NCBI RefSeq assembly: GCF_009914755.1
Contig: NC_060947.1
Direction: 5' to 3' (one strand)
Source of the DNA: the human T2T-CHM13v2.0 reference genome, Homo sapiens
DNA: 64,000 nucleotides
This document shows, piece after piece, positions 53,355 through 64,000 of this stretch. The number at the start of each line of letters is the position of its first letter. Position 1 is the stretch's first letter. The translations under genes were made by a program, and so were the position numbers. The notes below the pieces were generated by a model. The model made no database searches, had not been told where the DNA came from, and saw only the letters and a list, made by a program, of their open reading frames with translations.

Positions 53355-53720
53355 GTGTGTCAAGATACATACTCACATACATGAGAGTAGATGCACACAA
53401 ATGCAGACAGCAACATGTACATGCAGACAGATAGTTTTTAGACATATTCATAGAACTACGCACATATATCTTCCTACAGGGACCCTCTCATGTACTTCCA
53501 TATGGGTACATATATTCACATACACACAAACAAGCAAGTACTTGTACACATACACACCTAGGCATTCTATTTATACATGCCTCCACACTGATACACCAGC
53601 ATATAGGCCATGCAAGTGCATTCTTATGTACACATACTTAGATATATATTAGCAAGGATTCACACATATCCATACAGAAGTGTGCACATGCAAACTAACA
53701 TACCCCTCAAACATATACAC
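53355..53720. repeat. Degenerate (CA/TA)n low-complexity tract
   Basis: Alternating purine-pyrimidine sequence (cacatacacac, acatatacac). Confidence 0.75.
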
Positions 53721-54426
53721 ACCAGGGCCTCCTACCAGGGTCTATAAACTGCTTTGAGGTCATAAGATAGAGGAAATTGCTGTCTCAGAGACAGGGTTTG
53801 GACTTAATCTAGTTGCTTCTTACTGTCTTTGGATGCCACCTCCACATATTACAGGCCTTTCCCAAGGTGCAACTCCAATCATGTCACTCTCCTGCTCAAA
53901 AAGCAGTGGCTTTTTATTGTCTGGCAGATCAAGTTCAATCTTCAACCTCATATTCAGATGCCTATCTTGGTTGAGTCATAAAACTCTCTGATCTTGTTCC
54001 TCACAACTCTGGAGTATGTAGTAACATTTCAAATCTACTTGCTTTTCCTCACTTTTACTTCTCATACTTCTTCAACTCTATCTCACTACATAAGTTTCTC
54101 TCTCCAGTCAGAATGTCCTTCCCTCCCTTTCTCCTGAAGAAATTCTCCCTGTCCTTTGAGGTTCTGCTCAAATGTCACCTCCTCAAGTAAGCTCTCCCTG
54201 ACCTGCCCTCCCTCTTACTGCTCCTGAGTCAAAGCTCGTTCTGTGTGGACTTGATTTATTTACCTCCCGCCCTTTCCAGAAAGGACCTAAGGAGCACACT
54301 TTAGGGTCAGAACTGACCCATGATTTCTCTATCCATCATCCGCCCCAGCCTCTGGCATAGTGCCTAGTGCATCAGAGGCACTTGCTGAACATTGGGCCTA
54401 ATTTACTGAAACCAGTATCTACTTAC

Positions 54427-54504
54427 AGAAAGTCCCAGCTGATGCACTGCCCTCCCAATGATCTTCTCAGAAGTCCCAGTATTGGTCACAGTTATTAGAA
54501 TAGT
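54427..54504 (-). pseudogene. RA-domain exon 1 (78 nt, open)
   Basis: tttacccag| TILITVTNTGTSEKIIGRAVHQLGLS |GTAAGT vs SKTITVMNSDTANEVINMSLPMLGIT; same 26 codons. Confidence 0.85.
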
Positions 54505-55056
54505 CTGGGTAAAGATAACACACTGGGCATGGTAGGATTAAGACATAAATTAGTGAAAGGGAGCAAATGGAGTGCCAGGTCAGCCAGCATTGCTGCCATG
54601 ATCTCCTCGGGGCTGGATGGTAGCATGAATTGAGATGCCACAGACCAGACGCTAGCCTTCCTCATGTACAGAGGCCAATGGGAAGGACCAAGGAAGGACA
54701 TAAGTCCAGGAGAATTTCTTAGGTGGAGAAATCACAAGCTGATAAATTACTTACAACAGCAAATGTTCTCCAGGGTAAGGTTTTCTTCTGATGAGACCGG
54801 GTTAAGGCAAGAAGCAGAAGTTACCATCTCAGAAAACATACCAATGTCACCTTTATGAAGGTGAGAATTGGGGCCCTATGGGGTCTCATGGGGCTGACAG
54901 TGTACATGTAGGACCATTCAGGGCACTTGGGAAGGATGTGGAGTTGTTAGCCAGGCATGCATTCCCTGAAGGCATCCCCAAGGCCTCTAATCCCCTGCCC
55001 ACTAACCTGCTCTTTCAGGGGCACTCACAGGTAGAGAGTCAGTCAGTGGGACTCAC

Positions 55057-55139
55057 TGAGGTAAGTTCATTGACCTCCATCAGCAGAATCCTGAGTCATG
55101 TTCTTTGGACAATGATTCTGCTTCTGCTCTTGGATATTA
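55057..55139 (-). pseudogene. PH-RA linker exon
   Basis: acag| NIQEQKQNHCPKNMT/fs/LRILLMEVNELTS |GTGAGT vs YINLEKEKDYPKSIPLKIFAKDIGNCAY; 83 nt, 2-nt deletion. Confidence 0.78.
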
Positions 55140-56062
55140 CTGTCTGGAGAAGTAGACAAAGGATGGGTGGGGAGAGGTAGGTAGGAATGCAGAAAGCAGG
55201 GACTTAGCCAGCAATGCTGACCAAGGGCCTCATAGGGCTGGTCAAGGAGGAGGGCTTTGTGGGGGGCAAAAAATATTTGTTGCCTCCCTAATCCTACCCA
55301 CCTCACACCTGAACATCAGTTCTTGGGTTATGCCTTGACCTCTGTGGACTCCTCTTGGAAAACACAAATCCTTGGGGCAAATATTTTGAAGGGGGATATA
55401 TTGCTCATATTTCAGAGTGAAGGTTTCAAAATCTCTATCACCAAACAGAAGGGATGAATATTGGGTTTGAGAGCTAAAGGAAACTAAGATGTGGGATCAA
55501 GGCTGTTCTCTGGCTAAAATGTCTCTTTTCATCTGATCCCATAAATCACCACAAATTTCTCACAAATACTGAAAAATTGTTGTTTCCAATGTTTAACTCA
55601 GTGAAGACCAGGCCTAAAGATTAACAGTGTTTTAGTCTATTGTGTTTATATAAAGGAGGGAGGTGGCTAGTTTCTCTCTCCAGACACTGTTAGAAAAGAA
55701 ATGGACTTTGGCTACAGTATGAGGATTTGAGTCAGACTTCAGAATAAACCTATTGAGAGCGAGGGCTGCTAAACTCTTTAGGGGGTTGTGGAATTATCTT
55801 TTCTATTAATAAAAACCCTAAAGAGCCAGCATTTATTTATTTTCTCTTACATAGTATATCAAGGGCTAACTGGAGCAGAGTGAGGGATTGCAAAGACCTT
55901 TCTGGCTTTGTAGTGAAGGGTCCTGTGAGAGTGCCTAGATCAGAAAAGTAATGCACCACTCGGAGTATGGCACCTGAAGAAAACTGGCCTGGCCGATCCC
56001 ACTTTGAGGTGAACTTGAGGTAGAGACTGAGAAGGGGAGAGGGAAAGGAGGAAACAACTTAC

Positions 56063-56104
56063 CAGCACAGAGCAGGAAACCAGCAATTCTTGTTTTTTCA
56101 GGAA
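56063..56104 (-). pseudogene. PH-domain exon 3 (42 nt)
   Basis: S*KNKNCWFPALC |GTAAGT vs SPEQKDKWLSLLQ; same length and phase 2-2; acceptor reads AT instead of AG; internal TGA. Confidence 0.7.
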
Positions 56105-56239
56105 ATAATGACAATATACACACACAAAACTAGAATGGTTATCTAAGAAAGAGCACGGAGAGGAGTGATGAGTAACTTTCCTCTTTTGAGATAATTTCTT
56201 CTTAAGGAGCAAGAAAACAAAAGAGAAACCTTGGGCATG

Positions 56240-56860
56240 AGTCTGTATGTAGAACTAATTATGTGAATGTGCTTGTCCATGGAAATGTGTATGTGTGTGT
56301 AATAAATAGAAAAAACTCAGGTGTGAGTGTGTAGATGACCATAGGTATGTGTAGGTGTAGGGAATGTGATCACAGGTGTATGTAAGTACATGAGCACGGG
56401 TATGTCTAGGAGTGTGGCCGCGCCTATAAATACAGGTGTATATGTGTAAGTGTGTGTGTGGAAATGTACACATGCATGAAATGTGAGTGTGTGTAAAATG
56501 TGAGTTAGTATGTGTTGGATATGGTGTGTATATAAGCAGAAGAATATGTATATGTGATTGCATGTACATGTGGGTGAATGTGCGTGGGCATTGATGGAGA
56601 GGCATGTGTGTGGGTCAGCGTAGCAGCATGGTATATGTAGGAATATGAGTTATTGTGGGAATAATGTATGAGAAAAATATAAATGGGCATGTATGGGTAT
56701 GTAGAAACAGAGATGTGTGCATCTACAAGTGTGTATGTGTAAGCATAAGTATGGATATATGTACAATGCAAGTGTGCGTGAGAAGGCACTGAGGTGGTTG
56801 GGCTCACATGGGTTTGTTAAGCAGCAGCGTATAGAGTAGGTCTGTGTATTCACATGTGAG
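56240..56860. repeat. Degenerate (TG/TA)n low-complexity tract
   Basis: Alternating purine-pyrimidine sequence (gtgtatatgtgtaagtgtgtgtg). Confidence 0.8.
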
Positions 56861-57262
56861 ACTGCATTTCTGGGTCTCAGTGTATGGCTGTTTCAGTTTT
56901 TAATTTCCTAAAAGTATTTATTAAACATCCACTAAGTAAACAGCCTTGGTGGCCACTCAATAAATTAGGTGTGGGTACATGAAGAAAGTCTGTGTAGCCT
57001 TTCAAAACCAGCTATCAGTGCAATTTTTTTCATTTTTTTTTTCCTTTTATCTCTGTGTCTTTTCTGGTGCCTGTAATTCCTAAAATCCAGACATGGCAGG
57101 ACAGAATGTTCAATAAGTGTTCATACCTTGCAGACATTGAGGGATGACGGTTTATATTTCACAATTTGGTAAAAAATAATTTCACAAGAATTTTAAAAGA
57201 AGAGATAAGGTAAGAAGGAATGGATAATACAGAAGAAAAGGTAACTCTCATGACTGCCTTAC

Positions 57263-57408
57263 CAGAAGACGACCACAATGTTGGTTGTATGCCAACTGAT
57301 CATGAAACAGGTGTCTGCACAGATCTCCTTCACTGTCTCTTCTCCTAGGCAGGAGGCAAACCACACCTCACTCAGACGCACCGCTTCTTAAGTTTCAGGT
57401 TGGTGGAC
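57263..57408 (-). pseudogene. PH-domain exon 2
   Basis: cctag| STNLKLKK/fs/VRLSEVWFASCLGEETVKEICADTCFMISWHTTNIVVVF |GTAAGG vs YNNNFKIKNKIKLTDMWTASCVDEVGEGNTNAMKSFVLGWPTVNFVATF; 146 nt, 1-nt deletion. Confidence 0.88.
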
Positions 57409-57796
57409 CTAGGATTTATGCCCATGGCAGGTCAGTCTGAGTCGGCAGAAAGGAGTCTGCTCCCTACTTCCCATGGACCCTGGGATGGGCCTTGGGGTCT
57501 TGGGCTAAAAGGTGGCTTTCTGCTTGTTAACTTCCCTCTCCCATCCTGATGAGTGCCTGGAATTGTGCCTCTTCTTCTGTCTTAGGTGTTAGGTTTCCCT
57601 CTGTAACTTCCCTGGCTAAAATGGAGTGGTATCTGTATTCTAGACACAAAAGAGATGGAAAATTTGACCTACTGGACTATCGAAGGGCTCCCATAAGCAG
57701 CTTTGCCTTACTGCAAAGGCCTCCTATAGAAGGAACCATTCCATCCTCCCCCATCCCTGCCCAATTCCACCATCCTGGGGACCAGAAGTATCCTAC

Positions 57797-58014
57797 TTAG
57801 GCTTGGCAATAATGGTACGATTCTCAACAATGACAAGAGTATCATTATTCTCAACAATGATACTCTTATCATTGTTGAGAATAAGGCGTCTTCACTGGAT
57901 CTGTGTACCATTGTTCAGTTCAGTCTCATCATCCGTGACGAAGGTGGACTGGGCCCATGGAGAGTTCCCATCAGAGCCGCATTGTCTGGCTAACTGGCCT
58001 CCCAGAGTTGGTCC
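57797..58014 (-). pseudogene. PH-domain exon 1
   Basis: ctctcccag| ...TFVTDDETELNNGTQIQ*RRLILNND[insertion]IIAKPK |GTAGGA vs ARHGAP20 TLLIDGRAELKRGLQRQERHLFLFNDLFVVAKIK; internal TGA. Confidence 0.75.
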
Positions 58015-58667
58015 CTGGGAGAGGTGAGATGGGAAATGAAAAATCCATATGTCATGAACTGGTGAGATAAACACTGCAGACAACCTCACCTAGAGACCAC
58101 GTTGTTGATTGTTTCAGATGCATTTCCATCCTCTTTCTAAACCTCAATTCTGATCATGCCTCTCTCCAGTTCAAAATCCCTCAATAGCTCCTCTTTGTTT
58201 ACAGGATAAAGCCCAAGCTCCTTTGCTGGGCCCTATTCTGCTTTTCCTGATTTATCTCCTGCCCTTTGCCCCCTTGTATCTTGTATTCCAGCTCCTCACT
58301 TTTCTTTGAACATGATGTGCTTGGTTCATGCCTCTTGGCCATTGCTCATAGTAGTTCATCAGCCTGGTATGCCTATCTGCTCCCACCTAGTAAATGCCTA
58401 ATCATTTGCCACCCAGTTCAATTGTCATGTTAAAGCCCTCCCTGGTACTCCTACATACAAATAGTTTATTCTTCCTCTCCCAACACGGGGTCTTTTTCTT
58501 GCTGGGCTTTCTCTTCTTTAGACTCTTGGGGCCCTGATTTTTAAAAATTCATTAAACCTCATAAGCTAGATACTATTATCACCCCCATAACTTGCCCCAA
58601 GTCTCACATTGTGTTTAGTGATGGAACCAGGATGCAAACCCCGGCAATCTGTCTCTAGCACTTGTAA

Positions 58668-58830
58668 CTTTCTTTTTTCTTTAGAGAAAGGGTCTTGTTT
58701 TGTCACTCGGGCTGGAGTGCAGTGATGTGATCATAGCTCACTGCAACCTGAAACTCCTGGGGTTGAATGATCCTCCTGCCTCAGCATCCTGAGCAGTGGG
58801 GATTACAGGTGTGAGCAACTGCACTCAGCT
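58668..58830 (-). mobile_element. Old Alu monomer (FLAM/AluJ-like)
   Basis: T-tail then gggtcttg...gctggagtgcagtg...gattacaggtgtgagc. Confidence 0.8.
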
Positions 58831-59391
58831 TGCATCCCTGATTTTAAGGTTCCCAAAGCATGGAAAGGGTTGGAACCACTGGTGCCCAGCCCAGGGCTCA
58901 GTAAGTTGAGATTATCAGAAAAAGAACCCATGTAGGCATGGATCTGAAATTAGGTAGGTAAGGGTACTGTAATAGATGGAGAATAAAAAGGAGAAAGAGC
59001 TAGAGCTCTACTCATGGGCATTGAAAGAGTCCTGAAATATGGAGTGGGGAGAGGCATGGTTTCCACATTCCTATTCATGAACAATGGCTGGCAGCTGGTG
59101 CTGATGGAAAGGGGTCCTAAAAACAATTATCTTTCTTCCCAAGTTGGCCTTTCCTTCTACCTAGGTTAGATGGTCCTAGTATGAGTCAAAACAAAGCAAA
59201 AATCTCCAGTATCTTCCTCATGTGGGAAGCTGCCAGGGTGCTTAGGGGCAAGCAAAGAAGGAGGATTCTTTCTGCCCTAACTTCTCTGAGGATTTTGGTA
59301 AATTTCACTGCATATTATCTGTGAAAATGCTTAATCCCCTGCTTCTTCAAACCCTCCCAAGCTGCCTTTCCTATGATGTTTTTCTACTCAC

Positions 59392-59426
59392 CTGGGCTTT
59401 CATTTCTTGGGCTCCTTTGGACAGAC
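59392..59426 (-). pseudogene. Candidate 35-nt exon (LSKGAQEMKAQ)
   Basis: ttccctgcttacag| ... CAG|GTGAGT, phase 1 to 0, fitting the next exon. The upstream intron is only 52 nt, which is suspiciously short. Confidence 0.5.
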
Positions 59427-59478
59427 CTGTAAGCAGGGAAGTCAGGGTGCAGGAGGTAGGGACAAGCATGGTACTCAC

Positions 59479-60051
59479 CTGGAGATACAGTATGACTGGT
59501 TGAGGACCAAAATAGTGGACTGCTGTTTGCCACTCTCACTCCCACTGGAACTCAGACACCCACTGGAACTCAGACTCCCAAATGTGCTCAGGCTCAAGCT
59601 CCTGAAGGTGTTCAAGCCTTCATTGACACTCAGCTATGATTGACACTGATGTCTTCATTGAAGATCATAGTATTGGCTGCACTTGCAGTTTTGCTGCCAG
59701 TCTCAATTCTGCAGGTGCCCACCCCTTCACTGACGCTCATGTCTGCATTGGTGCTTGCTTCTATGCTGGCATTGTTGATGTTGCTGCTGCTTGTGTTCTC
59801 AATGGCTACTATGATTTCACTAGCAATGGAGTTTCCACTAGTATTTATGATCTTAGAGCTGCTTGGGCCACTGACACTCCTGGTATCACTGCAGTTGCTG
59901 GTGCTACTGTCACTCTTAGTATGATAACTTCTTATGGCACTACTGCCACTTTGAAAGTGTTTTATGGTCAGCTTAATTTTCTGTGGGAGAATGAGGCCTT
60001 TAGGCAGGAACCTGGTAGCTCTCCTGCCACCCCTTTGATGCCTTCCATGTC
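59479..60051 (-). pseudogene. Candidate first coding exon: Ser/Thr/Asn-rich 6-aa repeats
   Basis: GACATGG in strong Kozak context at 60048 after tag|; ORF 59630-60145 (..NTSSSN INNASI EASTNA DMSVSE..); 18-nt tandem unit at ~59540-59578; donor CAG|GTGAGT at 59479. Frameshifted. Confidence 0.55.
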
Positions 60052-61509
60052 CTAGCACCCTCCTCTGAGAAGAACATACTTTCCTTTCCACTTTGTTGGA
60101 ATAACAGTAATAGCTAAGTATTAACGAGCACAAGCTATGTACCAAGTAATTTTCTAATTTATTTCAATCCGTTCGTCAGAGCCTCATTAGAATTGTACAA
60201 TTGTAATTGTACAATATACAATTATTAGCCTGTTAGGTATGAAATCTAACATACAAAGAAAAGTAACTTTCCCAAGGCCACACAGCTAATAGATAGCAAA
60301 AACAGACTTTCAGACCATCTTTTTCAAGGCTTGGGCTTTTAACTACTATAGGCCAAAGGGAGAGAAGAATAAGGAAACACATTGCCTATTTATGGTGTAA
60401 AATTATAAAGAATAGCAAAGAAATGATTACTGTAAAAACTAGGATAGTAGTTACCTCTAGTGGGGAAAGATGGAGAGGGAAATAGGGAGGAGCACATGAG
60501 GTAATGTTGAGGTGTTGGTATTGTTTTATTTCTTGACCTGGTCGTGGTTATGCAAGTGTTTTGCTTCATAGTTATTTATCAAATGCTACTTGTATGGTTC
60601 ATGTTCTTTTTCTGTATGTATTCTTTAAATCATATTTTCAAGTTAAGGAAAACCTCAGAATAGTACTGCTCATGTCTGTTTTCTTGCTTTGCTTTTTGTT
60701 TCCTGTACTGAAGGTCAATCCAGGGCCTGTTTAGGGCTGTGGTTAACTTCTGAGGTACACCTTAGGCAAGATGATGCCTAAGATGAGAGACACCCAGTCC
60801 AAGTCATAAAGCCAGTGAAAGACAAGTTTAGTGGTAGCTTGCCTTACAGTGATCTATGTCTTCAGCCAAGCAGCAGCAGTAGTCATGGTGAGAGAGGGTG
60901 CTACAGGGGTGGGGCTTTCCAGAAAAGAATGTTGTTGTGGGTATTTCTGAAGGCTAAAGTCATGCTTTCTGAGCCCATAGAATGGTTCTTAAGGGCCTGA
61001 AAACTCTGAGTGTTCAGGGAGGGGGCGGGAAGCAAGTATATTCACTTGATTTTTCTTCACTTGCTTTTCCCCTTTCTTTCCTCCCCAAAAGTATTTGCCC
61101 TTTATCCAGTTTATACCCTCTTCATCACACATCTCCTCCTCACACATACTGGCTTAGGAATACAGAACTGCAGACTTAGAAGGAGTCTTAAATTTCAGCT
61201 ATTCCTCCTATTTTTGAAGAAAAAATTATTTCTTTTAGCAAAATTATATGCACAATATATTAAACAGATAATATATCGATAATATATTGATCATCCCACT
61301 CTGGCCTTCATATTCTCAGAAACACATCTTAGGAATAGCAAAACATGTTTAAAAAAAATCACTGTTCTAAGCCACCCTTCACCTCCTAATGGTACATAGG
61401 GAAATTTATGCCTAGAGAGTAGAAGGGGGCCTGGCTGAGACCACACAGGATATTAGTGTCAGAACTGAAACTGGAGCCAAAAGTAACTTGAGAACCCCCT
61501 TACCAGAAG

Positions 61510-63710
61510 AGGAACACAGCAGAATTGTCAAAAATATATTTTAAAAACTTATGTACCCTGTGAAAAATGACAAATGATTCCATTGCATACAGCAAAAGTG
61601 TAAGAACTACAAAAATTTCAAAATAGTGAAAATGATTAGTATTAAACTTAACCAAAGAGGCTAAAGAGTTATACACTGGCTGGGTGCGGTGGCTCATGCC
61701 TGTAATCCCAGCACTTTGGGAGGTCAAGGCAGGTGGATAACTTGAGGTCAGGAGTTTGAGACCAGACTGGCCAACATGGAGAAACCCTGTCTCTTCTAAA
61801 AATACAACAACAACAAAATTAACTGGGCATGGTGGTGTGTACCTGTAATTCCAGCGACTCGGGAGGCTGAGCTAGGAGAATTGCTTGAACCCAGGAGGTG
61901 GAGGTTGCTGTTGCGGTGAGCCAAGATCTTGCTACTGCACTCCAGCCTGGGTGACAGAGTAAGACTCTGTTTCAAAAAAAAAAAAAAAAAAAAAGAAGAC
62001 TTATATGCTAAAAACTACAAAACATAGCCTAAAGAAATTAAAGACACACATAAATGGAAAGACATTTTAAGCTCATGGATTGGAAGACTTTAATATTATC
62101 GAGACGTCAATACTATAAAATGATCTATAGTATCGATGCAATCATGGTCAATATCTCAATGATGTTTTTTGCAGAAATAGGAAAGTCTATGTGAAAATTT
62201 ATATGAAATCTCAAGGAATTGCAAATAACCAAAACAATCTTTAAAAAGAACAGCAAAATTGGAGGACTCACACTTCCTGGTTTCAAAACTTACTGCAAAG
62301 ATACAATAATCAAACAATGTGGTTCTGGTATACGGATAGGCATATATATCAGTGGACTACAACTAAGAATCCAGAAATAAACCCATATATCTTCAATACT
62401 GATTTTTGATAAGACTGTCAAAACATGTTAATGGGCAAGCATAGTCTTTTAAACAAATGGTGCCGAGGCAACAACATAGCCACATACAAAAGAATAAATT
62501 TGGGGCCCTACCTCAAACCACATACAAAAATTAACTCAAAATAGATCAAAGAACTAAATGTAAAAGCTAAAACTATGAAACTCTTAAAAGAAAATACACG
62601 GGTAAATCTTAATGAATTGGGTTTGGCAATAGATTCTTAGATATGACGCAAAAAGCACAAGATTAAAAAGGAAAAAAAGATAAGTTGAATTCAATTAAAA
62701 TTAAAAACCTTTGTGCCTCAAAGGATACTATCAAGAAAGTGAAAAGACAACCTAAGAGTGGGAGATAATATTTGCAAATAATAAATCTGATAAGGGTCAC
62801 GTATTTAGAATATATAAAGAACTCTTATAATTCAACACACAACCCAATTAAAAATGGGCAAGTAACTTGAATAGAAATTTCTCCAATGATGACATACAAG
62901 TGGTCAATGAACACATGAAAAGATGCTAAACATCACTAATCATTAGGAAATACAAATCAAAACCACAATGACATAACACTTCACACTTACTCTTATTAGG
63001 ATGGCTATTATAAGAAAATCAGAAAACAACAAGTGTTGTCAGTTATGAGGAGAAATTGGAACTCATGCATTGCTTGTGAGGATTTAAAATTCTACAGCTG
63101 CCATGGAAAACAGTATGGTGGTTCCTCAAAAAGCTAAACAGAATTAGTGTATGATCCAGCAATTCCACTTCTAGGTGTAATTCCTAAAGGAATTGAAAGC
63201 AGCGACTCAAACTGATATTTGTATACCCATGTTCATAGCAGCATTAATCACAAGAACCAAAAAGTGGAAGCACCCAAATGTCCATCAATAGATAAACAAA
63301 ATGGGGTATATACTTTCAATTGAATATAATTTAATCTTAAAAACAAAGGAAATTCCAACACATGCTACAACATGGATGAGCCTTCAAGACATTATGCTCA
63401 GTGAAATAAGCCAGTCAGGAAAGGACAAATATTATACAATTCCACTTATACGAGATACCTATGGTAGTCAAATTCATAGAGACAGAAAGTAGAATAGTGG
63501 TTGCCAGAGGCTGGGGTCAGGAGACAATGGAGAGTTATTGTTTAATGAGTGTGGGTTTTCAGTTTTGGATGATGATAAGTTCTGGAGGTGGATGGTGGTG
63601 ATGTTTGTACAACAATGTGAATGTACTTAATGCCACTGAACTGTACAATTAAAAATGGTTAAAAGGGCAAATTTTATGTTATTCATATTTTACCAAAGTA
63701 ACAAAATAAA
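61510..63710 (+). mobile_element. Old L1M (L1MB-like) ORF2 3' part and 3'UTR
   Basis: Degenerate ORF2 C-terminus and L1M 3'UTR (gtggatggtggtgatg..acaacaatgtgaatgtacttaatgccactgaactgtac). Confidence 0.85.
61678..61995 (+). mobile_element. Alu (AluS-like) in L1M
   Basis: Canonical dimer with long A-tail. Confidence 0.95.
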
Positions 63711-64000
63711 TGACAAACATATTAGAGATAGACAGAAGACACTGGAATCCAGGGTTTGAAGAAAGAACCCTGTTCTGGAATGCAGCAAGGAATCAGAAAA
63801 TGGAGAAAAGTAGTAAAAGTGGCCTGTCTTAATACTTTAGTTTTGTGAAGCATTGGAACCTACAGTTCTTTCTTGCTCACTGCAGTGATTTTCATGCTGT
63901 GCTGCTCAGAAGCTGAGGCTTCTGGTGGCAGGGCAGGGGGGTTGTCTCACAACTGACCTAGCAGCAAAAATGTAAATGGCTGGAGGAATCCATGTAACTC

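Noticed and set aside
54751-54850. Open 100-nt exon-like segment (GDIGMFSEMVTSASC...ENICC) with a GTAAGT donor, faintly like the TAGAP N-terminus
   Set aside because: Its phase does not fit between the flanking phase-0 exons, which already join correctly; similarity is too weak.
59636-60055. Plus-strand hydrophobic ORFs resembling a membrane protein
   Set aside because: Antisense shadow of the Ser/Thr-rich minus-strand repeat; splice signals and gene context are on minus.

Overview
Primate (very likely human) genomic DNA, rich in L1, Alu, MaLR and MIR repeats, with no intact protein-coding gene. Bases 580-17570 are one old L1 split by nested insertions: a second L1 half, an MSTA element, an MLT2A LTR, Alus and a full-length processed pseudogene of CCNYL1 (12374-16953, minus strand, 12-bp TSD). 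An L1PA2-like element at 28172-31380 has a 5' inversion and an apparent 3' transduction. The main find is a ~28-kb, intron-containing, disabled gene on the minus strand (~60051 to ~32156), assembled here by hand from at least 16 exons, many too short or too broken for the ORF track. It encodes an ARHGAP20/TAGAP-family PH-RA-RhoGAP protein whose exon lengths and phases match ARHGAP20 as recalled. It also has a Ser/Thr-rich 6-aa repeat N-terminus, a long Ser/Pro-rich exon and a Gln/Ala/Lys/Glu heptad-repeat exon. Multiple stops, frameshifts and two dead splice sites make it a candidate unitary pseudogene. All family comparisons are from memory; no database search was run.
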